From contig JAJPHT010000027.1 in the NCBI GenBank assembly GCA_021325135.1, positions 43,336 to 107,335 of the forward strand: a stretch of DNA of 64,000 nucleotides, written 5' to 3'. This DNA is from Pseudomonadota bacterium. GTDB taxonomy: Archaea; Thermoplasmatota; SW-10-69-26; JACQPN01; JAJPHT01. A program made the position numbers and the translations under genes. Of this stretch, positions 56,197 to 64,000 are shown piece by piece. Each line of letters starts with the position of its first letter. Position 1 is the stretch's first letter. Under the pieces are notes generated by a model, which was given only the letters and a program-made list of their open reading frames with translations, did no database searches and had not been told where the DNA came from.

Positions 56197-57198
56197 GTGC
56201 GCCGCGCCTTGGCCCTCCTCGTCGTCGCCCTGGTCCTCAGCGGATGCGCGGCCCTCCCGGGGGGCCTGGGCGGCGTGCAGCGCACCGGCTGGGCGTTCTC
56301 CAAGACGGGCCTCGACGCGCTCAAGGCGCGCGGGCTCGACGGGCGCGGCGTCACGGTCGCCATCGTGGACACGGGCGTCGACGCCACGCACCCGGACCTC
56401 CAGGGCGCGCACATCGTCGCGTGGAAGGACCTCGCGGGCGGCAAGGCGTCGCCCTACGACGACGAGGGGCACGGCACGCACGTCGCGGCGCTGGTCGCGG
56501 GGCAGAGCCCGCTGCGCGGCGGCGCGCCCGCGGTGAACCTCATCGTCGTCAAGGTCTTTGACAGCACGGGCAACGCCACGGACCAGCGCGTCGCGGACGG
56601 CATCCAGTTCGCCGTGGACCACGGCGCGCAGGTGATCGGCCTCTCCCTGGGCGGCGGCTCGTTCCCCCTCCTGGGCACGCAGTCCGAGAACGCCGCCAAG
56701 GCCGCCGTCAACCGCGGCGTGCTCGTGGTCGCGGCGGCCGGCAACGCGGGGCCCAACAGCGGCGACGTGTCCGCGCCCGCCGACGTCCAGGGCGTCATCG
56801 CGGTGGCCGCCGTGGACGAGGGCTTGCGCGTCGCGGACTTCTCCAGCCGCGGCAGCGACGGCTCGCCCCTCGTGGCGGGCATCGGCCTGCCGCGCCAGGC
56901 TCCGGACCAGAAGCCCGAGATCGCCGCGCCGGGCGTCAAGATCGCGAGCGCCTGGCCCAACGGGGGCTACGCCGTCGCCAGCGGCACCTCCATGGCGGTG
57001 CCCTTCGTCGTGAGCGCGCTGGCCCTCATGCTCCAGGCGCACCCGGGCGCGGCGCCCGCCGACGCCAACGGCGTCGAGAAGGTGAAGGGCTGGCTGGCCT
57101 CCACCGCGAGCCCCGCCGCCGGCGCGCAGCGGCCGCACGACTCCCTGGCGGGCTACGGCGTCCTCGACGCGGCCGCCCTCGTGGACGCCGCGGGCTGA
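56197..57198 (+). CDS. S8 subtilase lipoprotein
   Basis: LSGC; DTG, HGTHV, AAGN, GTSMA. Confidence 0.92.
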   Translation: MRRALALLVVALVLSGCAALPGGLGGVQRTGWAFSKTGLDALKARGLDGRGVTVAIVDTGVDATHPDLQGAHIVAWKDLAGGKASPYDDEGHGTHVAALVAGQSPLRGGAPAVNLIVVKVFDSTGNATDQRVADGIQFAVDHGAQVIGLSLGGGSFPLLGTQSENAAKAAVNRGVLVVAAAGNAGPNSGDVSAPADVQGVIAVAAVDEGLRVADFSSRGSDGSPLVAGIGLPRQAPDQKPEIAAPGVKIASAWPNGGYAVASGTSMAVPFVVSALALMLQAHPGAAPADANGVEKVKGWLASTASPAAGAQRPHDSLAGYGVLDAAALVDAAG

Positions 57199-57935
57199 TC
57201 GGCCCACCCGTCCCAGAAGCCCGCCATCGCGCCGCCCATGAACGTCACGAGGTCGGGCGACGGGTTCCAGATGGCGCGCACGGGCGCGGCCGCCGACGCG
57301 GGCGCCGCGACCATGCCCGCGCGCCCGTCCACGAAGAGGACGCGCGGCGGCACGAACCCCTCGCGCACCTGCGCGCCCGGCACCGCGAGCGCCCGCGCAT
57401 GGGGCGCGCGCCGGTCGGGCACGACGAGGCGCACGCGCGCGCCGCGGCGCAGGGCGCCGCGCAGCGCGCGGGGGAGCGCCTTCTCGTCCATGCGCATCGG
57501 CCACGAGGCGACGAGGAGCACGTCGCTCTTCGCGCCCTCCACCATCTCCAGCGCGCGCTCCGCGATGGGCTCCTCCCCCTCGAGGATCCACAAGGGCCCC
57601 GCGAAGCGCGTCGCGCGCTCCTGGAACTGCGCCTCCAGCGCGGGGAGCGCCGCGTCCAGCGCGGCGTCGATGCGCGCCCGCTCGCGGGCGACGCACTCGC
57701 GGGGCGGCAGCGCGCGATAGCGGCGCGGGCGGCCCCCTTCGCTCTCGATCCAGCCGCGCCGCGCCAGGTCCGCAAGCACCGTGTAGACCTTCGTGCGCGG
57801 CACGGGCGCGGCGCTGGCGACGACGGCCGCGCCGGAGGGGCCCAGCGACGCGAGGGCGACGTAGGCCTTGGCCCCGTACTCGGTGAGGCCGAGCATGCGG
57901 AGCGCCTGGTGGGCAGGAGGCATGTCCCGAAACAT
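57153..57935 (-). CDS. TrmB family transcriptional regulator
   Basis: LGLTEYGAKAY, VPRTKVY.VL..L, GRPRRYRA. Confidence 0.88.
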   Translation of the reverse strand: MFRDMPPAHQALRMLGLTEYGAKAYVALASLGPSGAAVVASAAPVPRTKVYTVLADLARRGWIESEGGRPRRYRALPPRECVARERARIDAALDAALPALEAQFQERATRFAGPLWILEGEEPIAERALEMVEGAKSDVLLVASWPMRMDEKALPRALRGALRRGARVRLVVPDRRAPHARALAVPGAQVREGFVPPRVLFVDGRAGMVAAPASAAAPVRAIWNPSPDLVTFMGGAMAGFWDGWADQPAASTRAAASRTP

Positions 57936-57985
57936 ACCCGCGTAGTTACATGAGCTTTATCCAGGCCCGCGGCGAAGCCGGAGCC

Positions 57986-58714
57986 GTGGCGGACGCGGTC
58001 GTCTTCGAGGACGTGGTCAAGGCCTACGGCAAGTTCCACGCGCTGGACGGGCTCGCGTTCCGGGTCCGGGAGGGCGAGATGTACGGCCTGCTGGGCCCCA
58101 ACGGGGCGGGCAAGACGACGGCCATCCGCATCCTGGCGGGCCTCCAGCGCGCGACCTCGGGCCGCGTCGAGGTGCTCGGCCGCAAGCCCAGCGACCCCGA
58201 GGTGCGGCCCCTCGTGGGCTACATGCCCCAGGAGACGGCGCTCTACCTCGACCTCACCGTGCGCGAGAACCTCGACCTGTTCGGCAGCCTCTACGGCATG
58301 TCGCGCGAGGCGCGCGCGAAGCGCATCGACGACCTCCTGGAGTTCGTGGAGCTGACGCGCTGGGCCGACGAGCTGATCACCAAGCTCTCGGGCGGGATGA
58401 AGCACCGCGCGAGCCTCGCCGCGGCGCTCCTGCCCAAGCCGCGCCTCCTGGTGCTCGACGAGCCCACGGTGGGCGTCGACCCCGAGCTTCGCGCGGGCTT
58501 CTGGCAGCGCTTCGAGCGCATGGGCCGCGAGGGGACGACCATCCTTCTCACGACGCACTACATGGACGAGGCGCGCCGCTGCGCGAGGGTCGGCCTCATG
58601 CGCCGCGGCCGGCTCCTCGCCGAGGGGTCGCCCGCCGAGATCATGGCCGCCGCGGGCGTGGACAACCTGGAGGACGCGTTCCTCCGCCTCGCGGGCCGGG
58701 GGGCGGAGGCGTGA
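57986..58714 (+). CDS. ABC transporter ATP-binding protein
   Basis: GPNGAGKT, LSGG, LDEPT, TTHY. Confidence 0.93.
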   Translation: MADAVVFEDVVKAYGKFHALDGLAFRVREGEMYGLLGPNGAGKTTAIRILAGLQRATSGRVEVLGRKPSDPEVRPLVGYMPQETALYLDLTVRENLDLFGSLYGMSREARAKRIDDLLEFVELTRWADELITKLSGGMKHRASLAAALLPKPRLLVLDEPTVGVDPELRAGFWQRFERMGREGTTILLTTHYMDEARRCARVGLMRRGRLLAEGSPAEIMAAAGVDNLEDAFLRLAGRGAEA

Positions 58715-58769
58715 AGACCGCAGCGAGCGGAGCGAGCGAGGAGCCCGACGGATCGCCGGAGGCGATGCG

Positions 58770-59867
58770 TTGAGGCCGACGCGCGTCCTCGCCGTCACGC
58801 GCAAGACGCTCTCCGCGCTGCGGCACGACCCGCGCACGGTGGCGCTCATGCTGCTGGCGCCCATCATGGCGATGCTCATCTTCGGCTTCGCCTTCGGCAG
58901 CGAGACGAAGCACGTCCCCGTCCTCGTGGTCAACGAGGACCAGGGCCCCCTGGCGGGCCAGCTCGTCTCGCAGCTCGACCACGTCGCGCTGGACCTCTCC
59001 AACGCGACCGACCTCGCGGCGGCGCGGGACGACGTGCGCGAAGGGCGCGCCGTCGCGGTGCTCCACTTCCCCGCAGGCTTCTCGGCGGGCGCCTCGTCGG
59101 GGGGCGCGCATCTCGACCTCCTCCTGGACACGACCAACAGCCAGCTCTCCGGCGCGGTCGTGCGCGAGATGGCCGCCGCGGCGCAGCGCCTCCTCCAGTC
59201 GCGCGGCGCGCCGCTCCCCGTGACGACCGACGTCACCTACGCGCACCCCGAGGCGAAGGACGCGCGCTTCATCGACTCGTTCGTCCCGGGCATCATGGCC
59301 TTCGCCGTGACCCTCTTCACGACGCTCCTCACGCTCCTCGCCTTCGTGGGCGAACGCACCACGGGCACGCTGGACCGCCTGCGCGTCACGCCCGCGACCG
59401 AGGCCGAGATCGTGCTGGGCTACGAGATCGCCTTCGGCGTCATCGCCGCGGTGCAGGCGACGCTCCTCCTCGCCGTCGCGATCCTCCTCTACCACGTCCT
59501 GGTCGTGGGCCCGGTCCTCGTGGCGGCGCTCCTGGTGATCCTCACCGCCATCGACGCGCAGGCCATCGGCATCCTCATCAGCGCCGCCGCGCAGCGCGAA
59601 GGCCAGGCCGTGCAGATGATCCCGTTCATCATCCTGCCCGTCTTCCTCCTCTCGGGCATCTTCGTCCCCGTGGAGACGCTGCCCTCCTGGCTGCGGCCCC
59701 TCTCCTATCTCCTCCCCCCGACGTGGGCCATCCAGGGGCTTCGCGACGTGATGCTGCGCGGCTGGGGGCTGGAGCACGTCTGGCTCCACGTCGCGGTCCT
59801 CCTGGGCTTCGCGCTCCTATTCACGCTCCTGGCCATCGCCGGGCTGCGACGATCGCGGGCGGCGTAG
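58770..59867 (+). CDS. ABC-2 permease
   Basis: ERTTGTLDRL.VTP, FLLSGIF.P. Confidence 0.92.
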   Translation: MRPTRVLAVTRKTLSALRHDPRTVALMLLAPIMAMLIFGFAFGSETKHVPVLVVNEDQGPLAGQLVSQLDHVALDLSNATDLAAARDDVREGRAVAVLHFPAGFSAGASSGGAHLDLLLDTTNSQLSGAVVREMAAAAQRLLQSRGAPLPVTTDVTYAHPEAKDARFIDSFVPGIMAFAVTLFTTLLTLLAFVGERTTGTLDRLRVTPATEAEIVLGYEIAFGVIAAVQATLLLAVAILLYHVLVVGPVLVAALLVILTAIDAQAIGILISAAAQREGQAVQMIPFIILPVFLLSGIFVPVETLPSWLRPLSYLLPPTWAIQGLRDVMLRGWGLEHVWLHVAVLLGFALLFTLLAIAGLRRSRAA

Positions 59868-59936
59868 ACGCCCATCAACCCCGCGTGCCGGCAGAGCCAA
59901 GAGGTCCGAGGCCCACGAGGCGCGCGAGGGAACGTG

Positions 59937-60416
59937 ATGAACGTCGTTCGTTGTGCGATGGCGCTGGGATGCTTGGCTCTGCTCGCCGCCCCCGGGGCGA
60001 TGGCCCGGGACCTGACCTACGAGGACGCAAGGGACGCCGTGGTGGGGGCCGAGGTCTCCGCCCTGGACGCCGTCTACGGCGCCTTCGACGGCCCGGTCCA
60101 CGACGCGGTCGAATCGGGCTATCAATCCGCCGTGCGCGCGGAGGACGACGCCTACGACGCCGGCTGGCAGGGCGCCTCGGACGCGATGGTCTCCACCGAG
60201 GCCCAGGTGTCGGGGGCGTACAACGGTGGCTTGACCGTGGCACTCGGCGCGGCCGGGGCGATCGAGGCCTTCGCGTGGGGCTCCGGGGCGGAGCCCGCCC
60301 TCGCGGCCGCCGGGGACGCCCAGCAGGCCGTGGAAGGGGCCCAGCCGTGCGGCCCGGTCCCCCCGCTCTTCCTCCCCGCGCAGTGCGTCGAGTGGGCCTT
60401 CGGCCTCCTCCCGTGA
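59937..60416 (+). CDS. Secreted Ala-rich hypothetical protein
   Basis: Signal peptide; acidic helical body. Confidence 0.6.
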   Translation: MNVVRCAMALGCLALLAAPGAMARDLTYEDARDAVVGAEVSALDAVYGAFDGPVHDAVESGYQSAVRAEDDAYDAGWQGASDAMVSTEAQVSGAYNGGLTVALGAAGAIEAFAWGSGAEPALAAAGDAQQAVEGAQPCGPVPPLFLPAQCVEWAFGLLP

Positions 60417-60467
60417 CCGGGGCCCGGCTTCAAGCAGCCTGCCGCGTTTTGGGCCCTTCGGGGAACC

Positions 60468-61487
60468 ATGAGGCTCGTCATCGTCACCTTGGGGGCTCTG
60501 CTCCTGCTCGCCGCCCTGCCGCCCTCCGCGCCCGCCGCGGGGGCCACCTACGAACGATATCAGGTCACGGTCGACGGGGAGACCGCCTACGGGGACCTCG
60601 CGTACCCCAGCGTCGGAACGCCCACGACGCTGCTGGTCTTCGGCCACGGCTGCTGCGGCCACTTCAACCAGAGCGGCACCGTCATCCCCATCGCGTCGGC
60701 CTACGGCGCGGTGGCGGTCGCGATGGAGTACCGCGGCAGCGGCGGCTGGGACGTGATGAAGGGGCACGAGGACCTCATCGCGGCGACCTTGGACCTCAAG
60801 GCGCGCTTCCCCACCATCACGCGCACCATCCTCTGGGGCGCCAGCATGGGCGGCGAGACGACGGGCATGGCCGTCGCGGAGCGCCCCGACCTCTTCGACT
60901 ACTGGGTGGACGAGTTCGGCGTCACGAACCTCGTGGAGGAGTTCGGCACGCTGGGGCTCTACCCGTGCGCGTGCGCCGACTCGTGGATGATCCAGGAGAC
61001 GGGCGGCACGCCGGCCACCGCGCCGCAGGCGTACCTCGACCGCAGCCCCGCGCTGCACACGGACCAGATGGTGGGCATCCGGCACGCGTACATCTCCCAC
61101 GGCCTGGGCGACCCCATCGTGCCGTACACCATGAGCCGCGAGACGTTCGCGGGGCTCGTCGCGCACGGCATCCCCGCGAGCTTCTACACTGTCGTCTCGG
61201 GATGCTGCGGCGCGCAGGGGCCGTGGACGCCGCTGGGCTTCACGGGCGTCCCCTACTGCACGGGCGCCACGGGCACGTACACGTGCGTGCCGCCCAGCGC
61301 GTGCGAGGCGCTGCCCACGGGCGGCTACGCCTGCATGCCGGGCCCGGCGGCGCACGACGGGCGCGGCGGCGGCCCCGCGGTGGGCGTCGTCGACGCGCTG
61401 CTGCGCGGCCTCGAGCCCGACGCTGGACAAGCCGCGACTGAACACTTCGTGGACTACACCACCGGGCAGACGGTGGGCGCCCCGTAG
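60468..61487 (+). CDS. Secreted alpha/beta hydrolase
   Basis: Signal peptide; HG, GASMGG, HG..D..VP, H. Confidence 0.85.
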   Translation: MRLVIVTLGALLLLAALPPSAPAAGATYERYQVTVDGETAYGDLAYPSVGTPTTLLVFGHGCCGHFNQSGTVIPIASAYGAVAVAMEYRGSGGWDVMKGHEDLIAATLDLKARFPTITRTILWGASMGGETTGMAVAERPDLFDYWVDEFGVTNLVEEFGTLGLYPCACADSWMIQETGGTPATAPQAYLDRSPALHTDQMVGIRHAYISHGLGDPIVPYTMSRETFAGLVAHGIPASFYTVVSGCCGAQGPWTPLGFTGVPYCTGATGTYTCVPPSACEALPTGGYACMPGPAAHDGRGGGPAVGVVDALLRGLEPDAGQAATEHFVDYTTGQTVGAP

Positions 61488-61525
61488 GCCGAAATTTCAT
61501 ATTCCCTCCGTCGCGCTCACGATTC

Positions 61526-61903
61526 GTGGTCAAGGTCCTCATCGTGGACGACGAGGCCCCCATCCTGCAGAGCACGGCGGTGATCCTCCGCGCCTACGGC
61601 TTCCAGACGGCGACCGTCTCCGAGGCCCGGCACATCCTCCCCACGCTGGAGGCGGAGCGCCCCGATGTGCTGCTCCAGGACGTGAGGATGCCTGGCCTGG
61701 CCCTTCGGGAGCTGCTCGAAGGGCTCCGCGCGGGGCCCCATCGCGACCTCCCCGTCGTCCTCTTCTCGGCAAGCATCAGCCTGCCCGACCTCGTGGACGC
61801 GTTCGACGTGGACGCGGTGGTGGAGAAGCCGTTCCGCCCCGAGGCGCTCGTCTCCGCGCTCCGGGGCGCCATCGAGAAGCGCCGCCCCGCGGAGCCGGCG
61901 TAG
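61526..61903 (+). CDS. Stand-alone response regulator receiver
   Basis: VDD, QDVRMP, SA, KPF. Confidence 0.9.
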   Translation: MVKVLIVDDEAPILQSTAVILRAYGFQTATVSEARHILPTLEAERPDVLLQDVRMPGLALRELLEGLRAGPHRDLPVVLFSASISLPDLVDAFDVDAVVEKPFRPEALVSALRGAIEKRRPAEPA

Positions 61904-61934
61904 CTTCATCCCGGAGGGCCCGTCTTGGCCCCTC

Positions 61935-62417
61935 GTGGCCACGCCGCCGCGCCCCGCGCAGTTCGCGAACCTCGTCGCGTACCACGTCCTCATCTCGCTG
62001 GTGAACCTGCTCAACCTGCCCCTGCCCCACGGGACCTTCATCCCGCGCCGCTCGTGGCAGCTCACCGTGCTGGACAAGGACGTGGAGCGGCTGCGCATGC
62101 TCAAGCGCGAGCTGGACGTGGACGACCCCGCCGCGGTGGCGGGCTACCTCGTGGGCACCAAGGCGCTCCTCTTCGAGCTGGAGGTCGCGCTCCACCAGTG
62201 GCCCGACCTGCCGCGCAACGAGGCCTTCTTCGCGGACCTCGACCGCCTCGCGGTGCTCCTCTCGGGGACGCGCGACCTGGGCGACGCGGAGGGCGTGCGC
62301 GACCTCGCCTACAAGCTGAGCATCATGCTCCCGTACTACGAGGTGGAGGAGAGCATGCGCGAGCGCAACGCGACGGCGGAGAAGTGGTTCCGCTCCCGCG
62401 AACGGGCACGGGCCTGA
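61935..62417 (+). CDS. Hypothetical helical protein
   Basis: Strong GC3 codon pattern; no recognised motif. Confidence 0.65.
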   Translation: MATPPRPAQFANLVAYHVLISLVNLLNLPLPHGTFIPRRSWQLTVLDKDVERLRMLKRELDVDDPAAVAGYLVGTKALLFELEVALHQWPDLPRNEAFFADLDRLAVLLSGTRDLGDAEGVRDLAYKLSIMLPYYEVEESMRERNATAEKWFRSRERARA

Positions 62418-62477
62418 CCGCGCCATGCCGCCGCAGCAAGGCTTATGGAGCCGCCCCCAGGGTGGCGTTCGAGGCTG

Positions 62478-64000
62478 ATGACCGCCCTCCGGCTCCGCAA
62501 GACGTCGCTCCTCCTGGGCGTCGCCCTCCTCGTCCTCGCTCCCGGCTGCTTCGGCGCGCTCCAGGGGCAGGCCCCCGCGTCCCCGACGCCGCAGGCCTCC
62601 ACGGAGGGCGGCGACTGCCTCGCCACCGTGGGCGGGCTCGACCTCCAGAGCGCCACCCTCGCGGAGATCCAGGACGCGCTCGCCGCGGGCCGCGTGACCA
62701 GCGTGCAGCTCGTCGACGCCTACACGGCCCGCATCGCGGCCTACGACGCGGCGGGCCCCAAGCTCAACTCCGTGCAGATGGTCAACCCCCACGCCCGCGA
62801 GCAGGCGGCGGCGCTGGACGCCGAGCGCGCGGCGGGCCACGTGCGCGGCCCCCTGCACGGCATCCCCATCCTGCTGAAGGACAACGTGGGCACCAACGAC
62901 GAGCCCACCACCGCGGGCTCCATCGCGCTGGCCAACAACACGCCGCCCCTCAACGCCACGCTCACCGACAAGCTCGTCGCGGCGGGCGCCATCATCCTCG
63001 GGAAGACCCACCTCTCGGAGTTCGCCCAGTGGATCTCCCTCAACAACCCCAACGGCTACAGCTCGCTGGGCGGCCAGGTCGTGAACGCCTACAACATGGG
63101 CGACCCCAGCGGGTCCAGCAGCGGCTCGGGCGTCGCGGGCTCCATGGCGTTCGCCGCCGCCACCATCGGCACCGAGACGCAGGGCAGCATCCTCGGCCCA
63201 TCCGACGCCAACAGCCTCGTGGGCGTGAAGCCCACCGTGGGCCTCGTCTCCCGCGCGGGCGTCATCCCCCTCGCCGCGAGCTTCGACACGCCCGGCCCCA
63301 TGGCGCGGCACGTCGCCGACGCGGCGGCCGTGCTCTCCGCCGTCGCGGGGCCCGACCCCAAGGACTCCGCCACCGCGGACGCCGCGTCGCACCTCCCCCC
63401 GGGCGGCGACTACCGGACCGCGCTCACCGCGGACGCGCTCAAGGGCAAGCGCATCGGCTACGACCCCAACTACAACGACGCCGTCTTCCTGCGCGCGCTG
63501 GATGATATCAAGAAGGCGGGCGCCACGCTCGTGCAGGTCACCACCAGCGCCTCCGCCCCCGCGGGCGGCGCCAGCGCGCAGGGCGACACCGTGGGCACCT
63601 CGGAGCTGGGCGTCATCCCCAACGAGTTCAAGCAGGGCATCAACGACTACCTCGCCCACGAGGCGGGGCCGGGCCTCCCCGTGAAGACGCTCGCGGACAT
63701 CATCGCGTACAACAACCAGCACCCGGACAAGGTCAAGTACGGCCAGGACCTGCTCCAGGCCTCCGACGCGACGCCCGGCGACCCCACCTTCTCCCTCGCC
63801 ACCGCCACGGCGGCGCAGCGCGCGGCGCAGTCCTATGATGACGCGCTCTTCGCGCAGAATGGCCTCGACGCCATCGCGGGCCCCTCGCTCGCGTACTACC
63901 AGATGGGCGCCGAGGCGGGCTATCCCACCGTCATCGTGCCCGCGGGCTACAACGGCCACAACCCCGAGGGCGTCAGCTTCTTCGGCCCCGCGTGGAGCGA
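62478..64000 (+). CDS. Amidase-signature family lipoprotein, 3'-partial
   Basis: APGC lipobox; GPLHGIPILLKDN, GSSSGSG, IGTETQGSI. Confidence 0.92.
   Translation, partial: MTALRLRKTSLLLGVALLVLAPGCFGALQGQAPASPTPQASTEGGDCLATVGGLDLQSATLAEIQDALAAGRVTSVQLVDAYTARIAAYDAAGPKLNSVQMVNPHAREQAAALDAERAAGHVRGPLHGIPILLKDNVGTNDEPTTAGSIALANNTPPLNATLTDKLVAAGAIILGKTHLSEFAQWISLNNPNGYSSLGGQVVNAYNMGDPSGSSSGSGVAGSMAFAAATIGTETQGSILGPSDANSLVGVKPTVGLVSRAGVIPLAASFDTPGPMARHVADAAAVLSAVAGPDPKDSATADAASHLPPGGDYRTALTADALKGKRIGYDPNYNDAVFLRALDDIKKAGATLVQVTTSASAPAGGASAQGDTVGTSELGVIPNEFKQGINDYLAHEAGPGLPVKTLADIIAYNNQHPDKVKYGQDLLQASDATPGDPTFSLATATAAQRAAQSYDDALFAQNGLDAIAGPSLAYYQMGAEAGYPTVIVPAGYNGHNPEGVSFFGPAWS

Overview
High-GC archaeal chromosomal DNA. 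The archaeal call rests on RadB with its KHR motif, archaeal D-aminoacyl-tRNA deacylase, deoxyhypusine synthase, TrmB regulators and an archaeosortase-like protein. The proteins are not acidic, so a Thermoplasmatota-like lineage is my inference. Main find (26.8-39.3 kb): a class V-like lanthipeptide (RiPP) cluster in an archaeon. It has a split dehydratase (APH-type kinase LanK plus HopA1-like lyase LanY), a stand-alone LanC with intact Zn ligands, two luciferase-like oxidoreductases and an M50 peptidase with a possible RRE. Six Cys/Thr/Ser-rich precursors share a K[KR][KR]LxA[RK]D[IV]ExLENTSI leader, five tandem secreted 6-Cys miniproteins follow, and a GCAA-N7-CAACAA motif recurs six times in front of the peptide genes. 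Other notable loci: (1) an archaeosortase beside two IPFFP C-terminal-anchor proteins, with their own shared upstream motif (19.9-22.6 kb); (2) a subtilase carrying 16 perfect DSSGW repeats, divergent from a membrane GAF/PAS/V4R sensor (49.8-53.4 kb); (3) a degraded, possibly mobile region at the left edge; (4) two toxin-antitoxin pairs, a solo membrane-anchored Cas4, two probable CTG-start genes and two candidate structured RNAs. All calls come from reading motifs by eye; no database searches were run.
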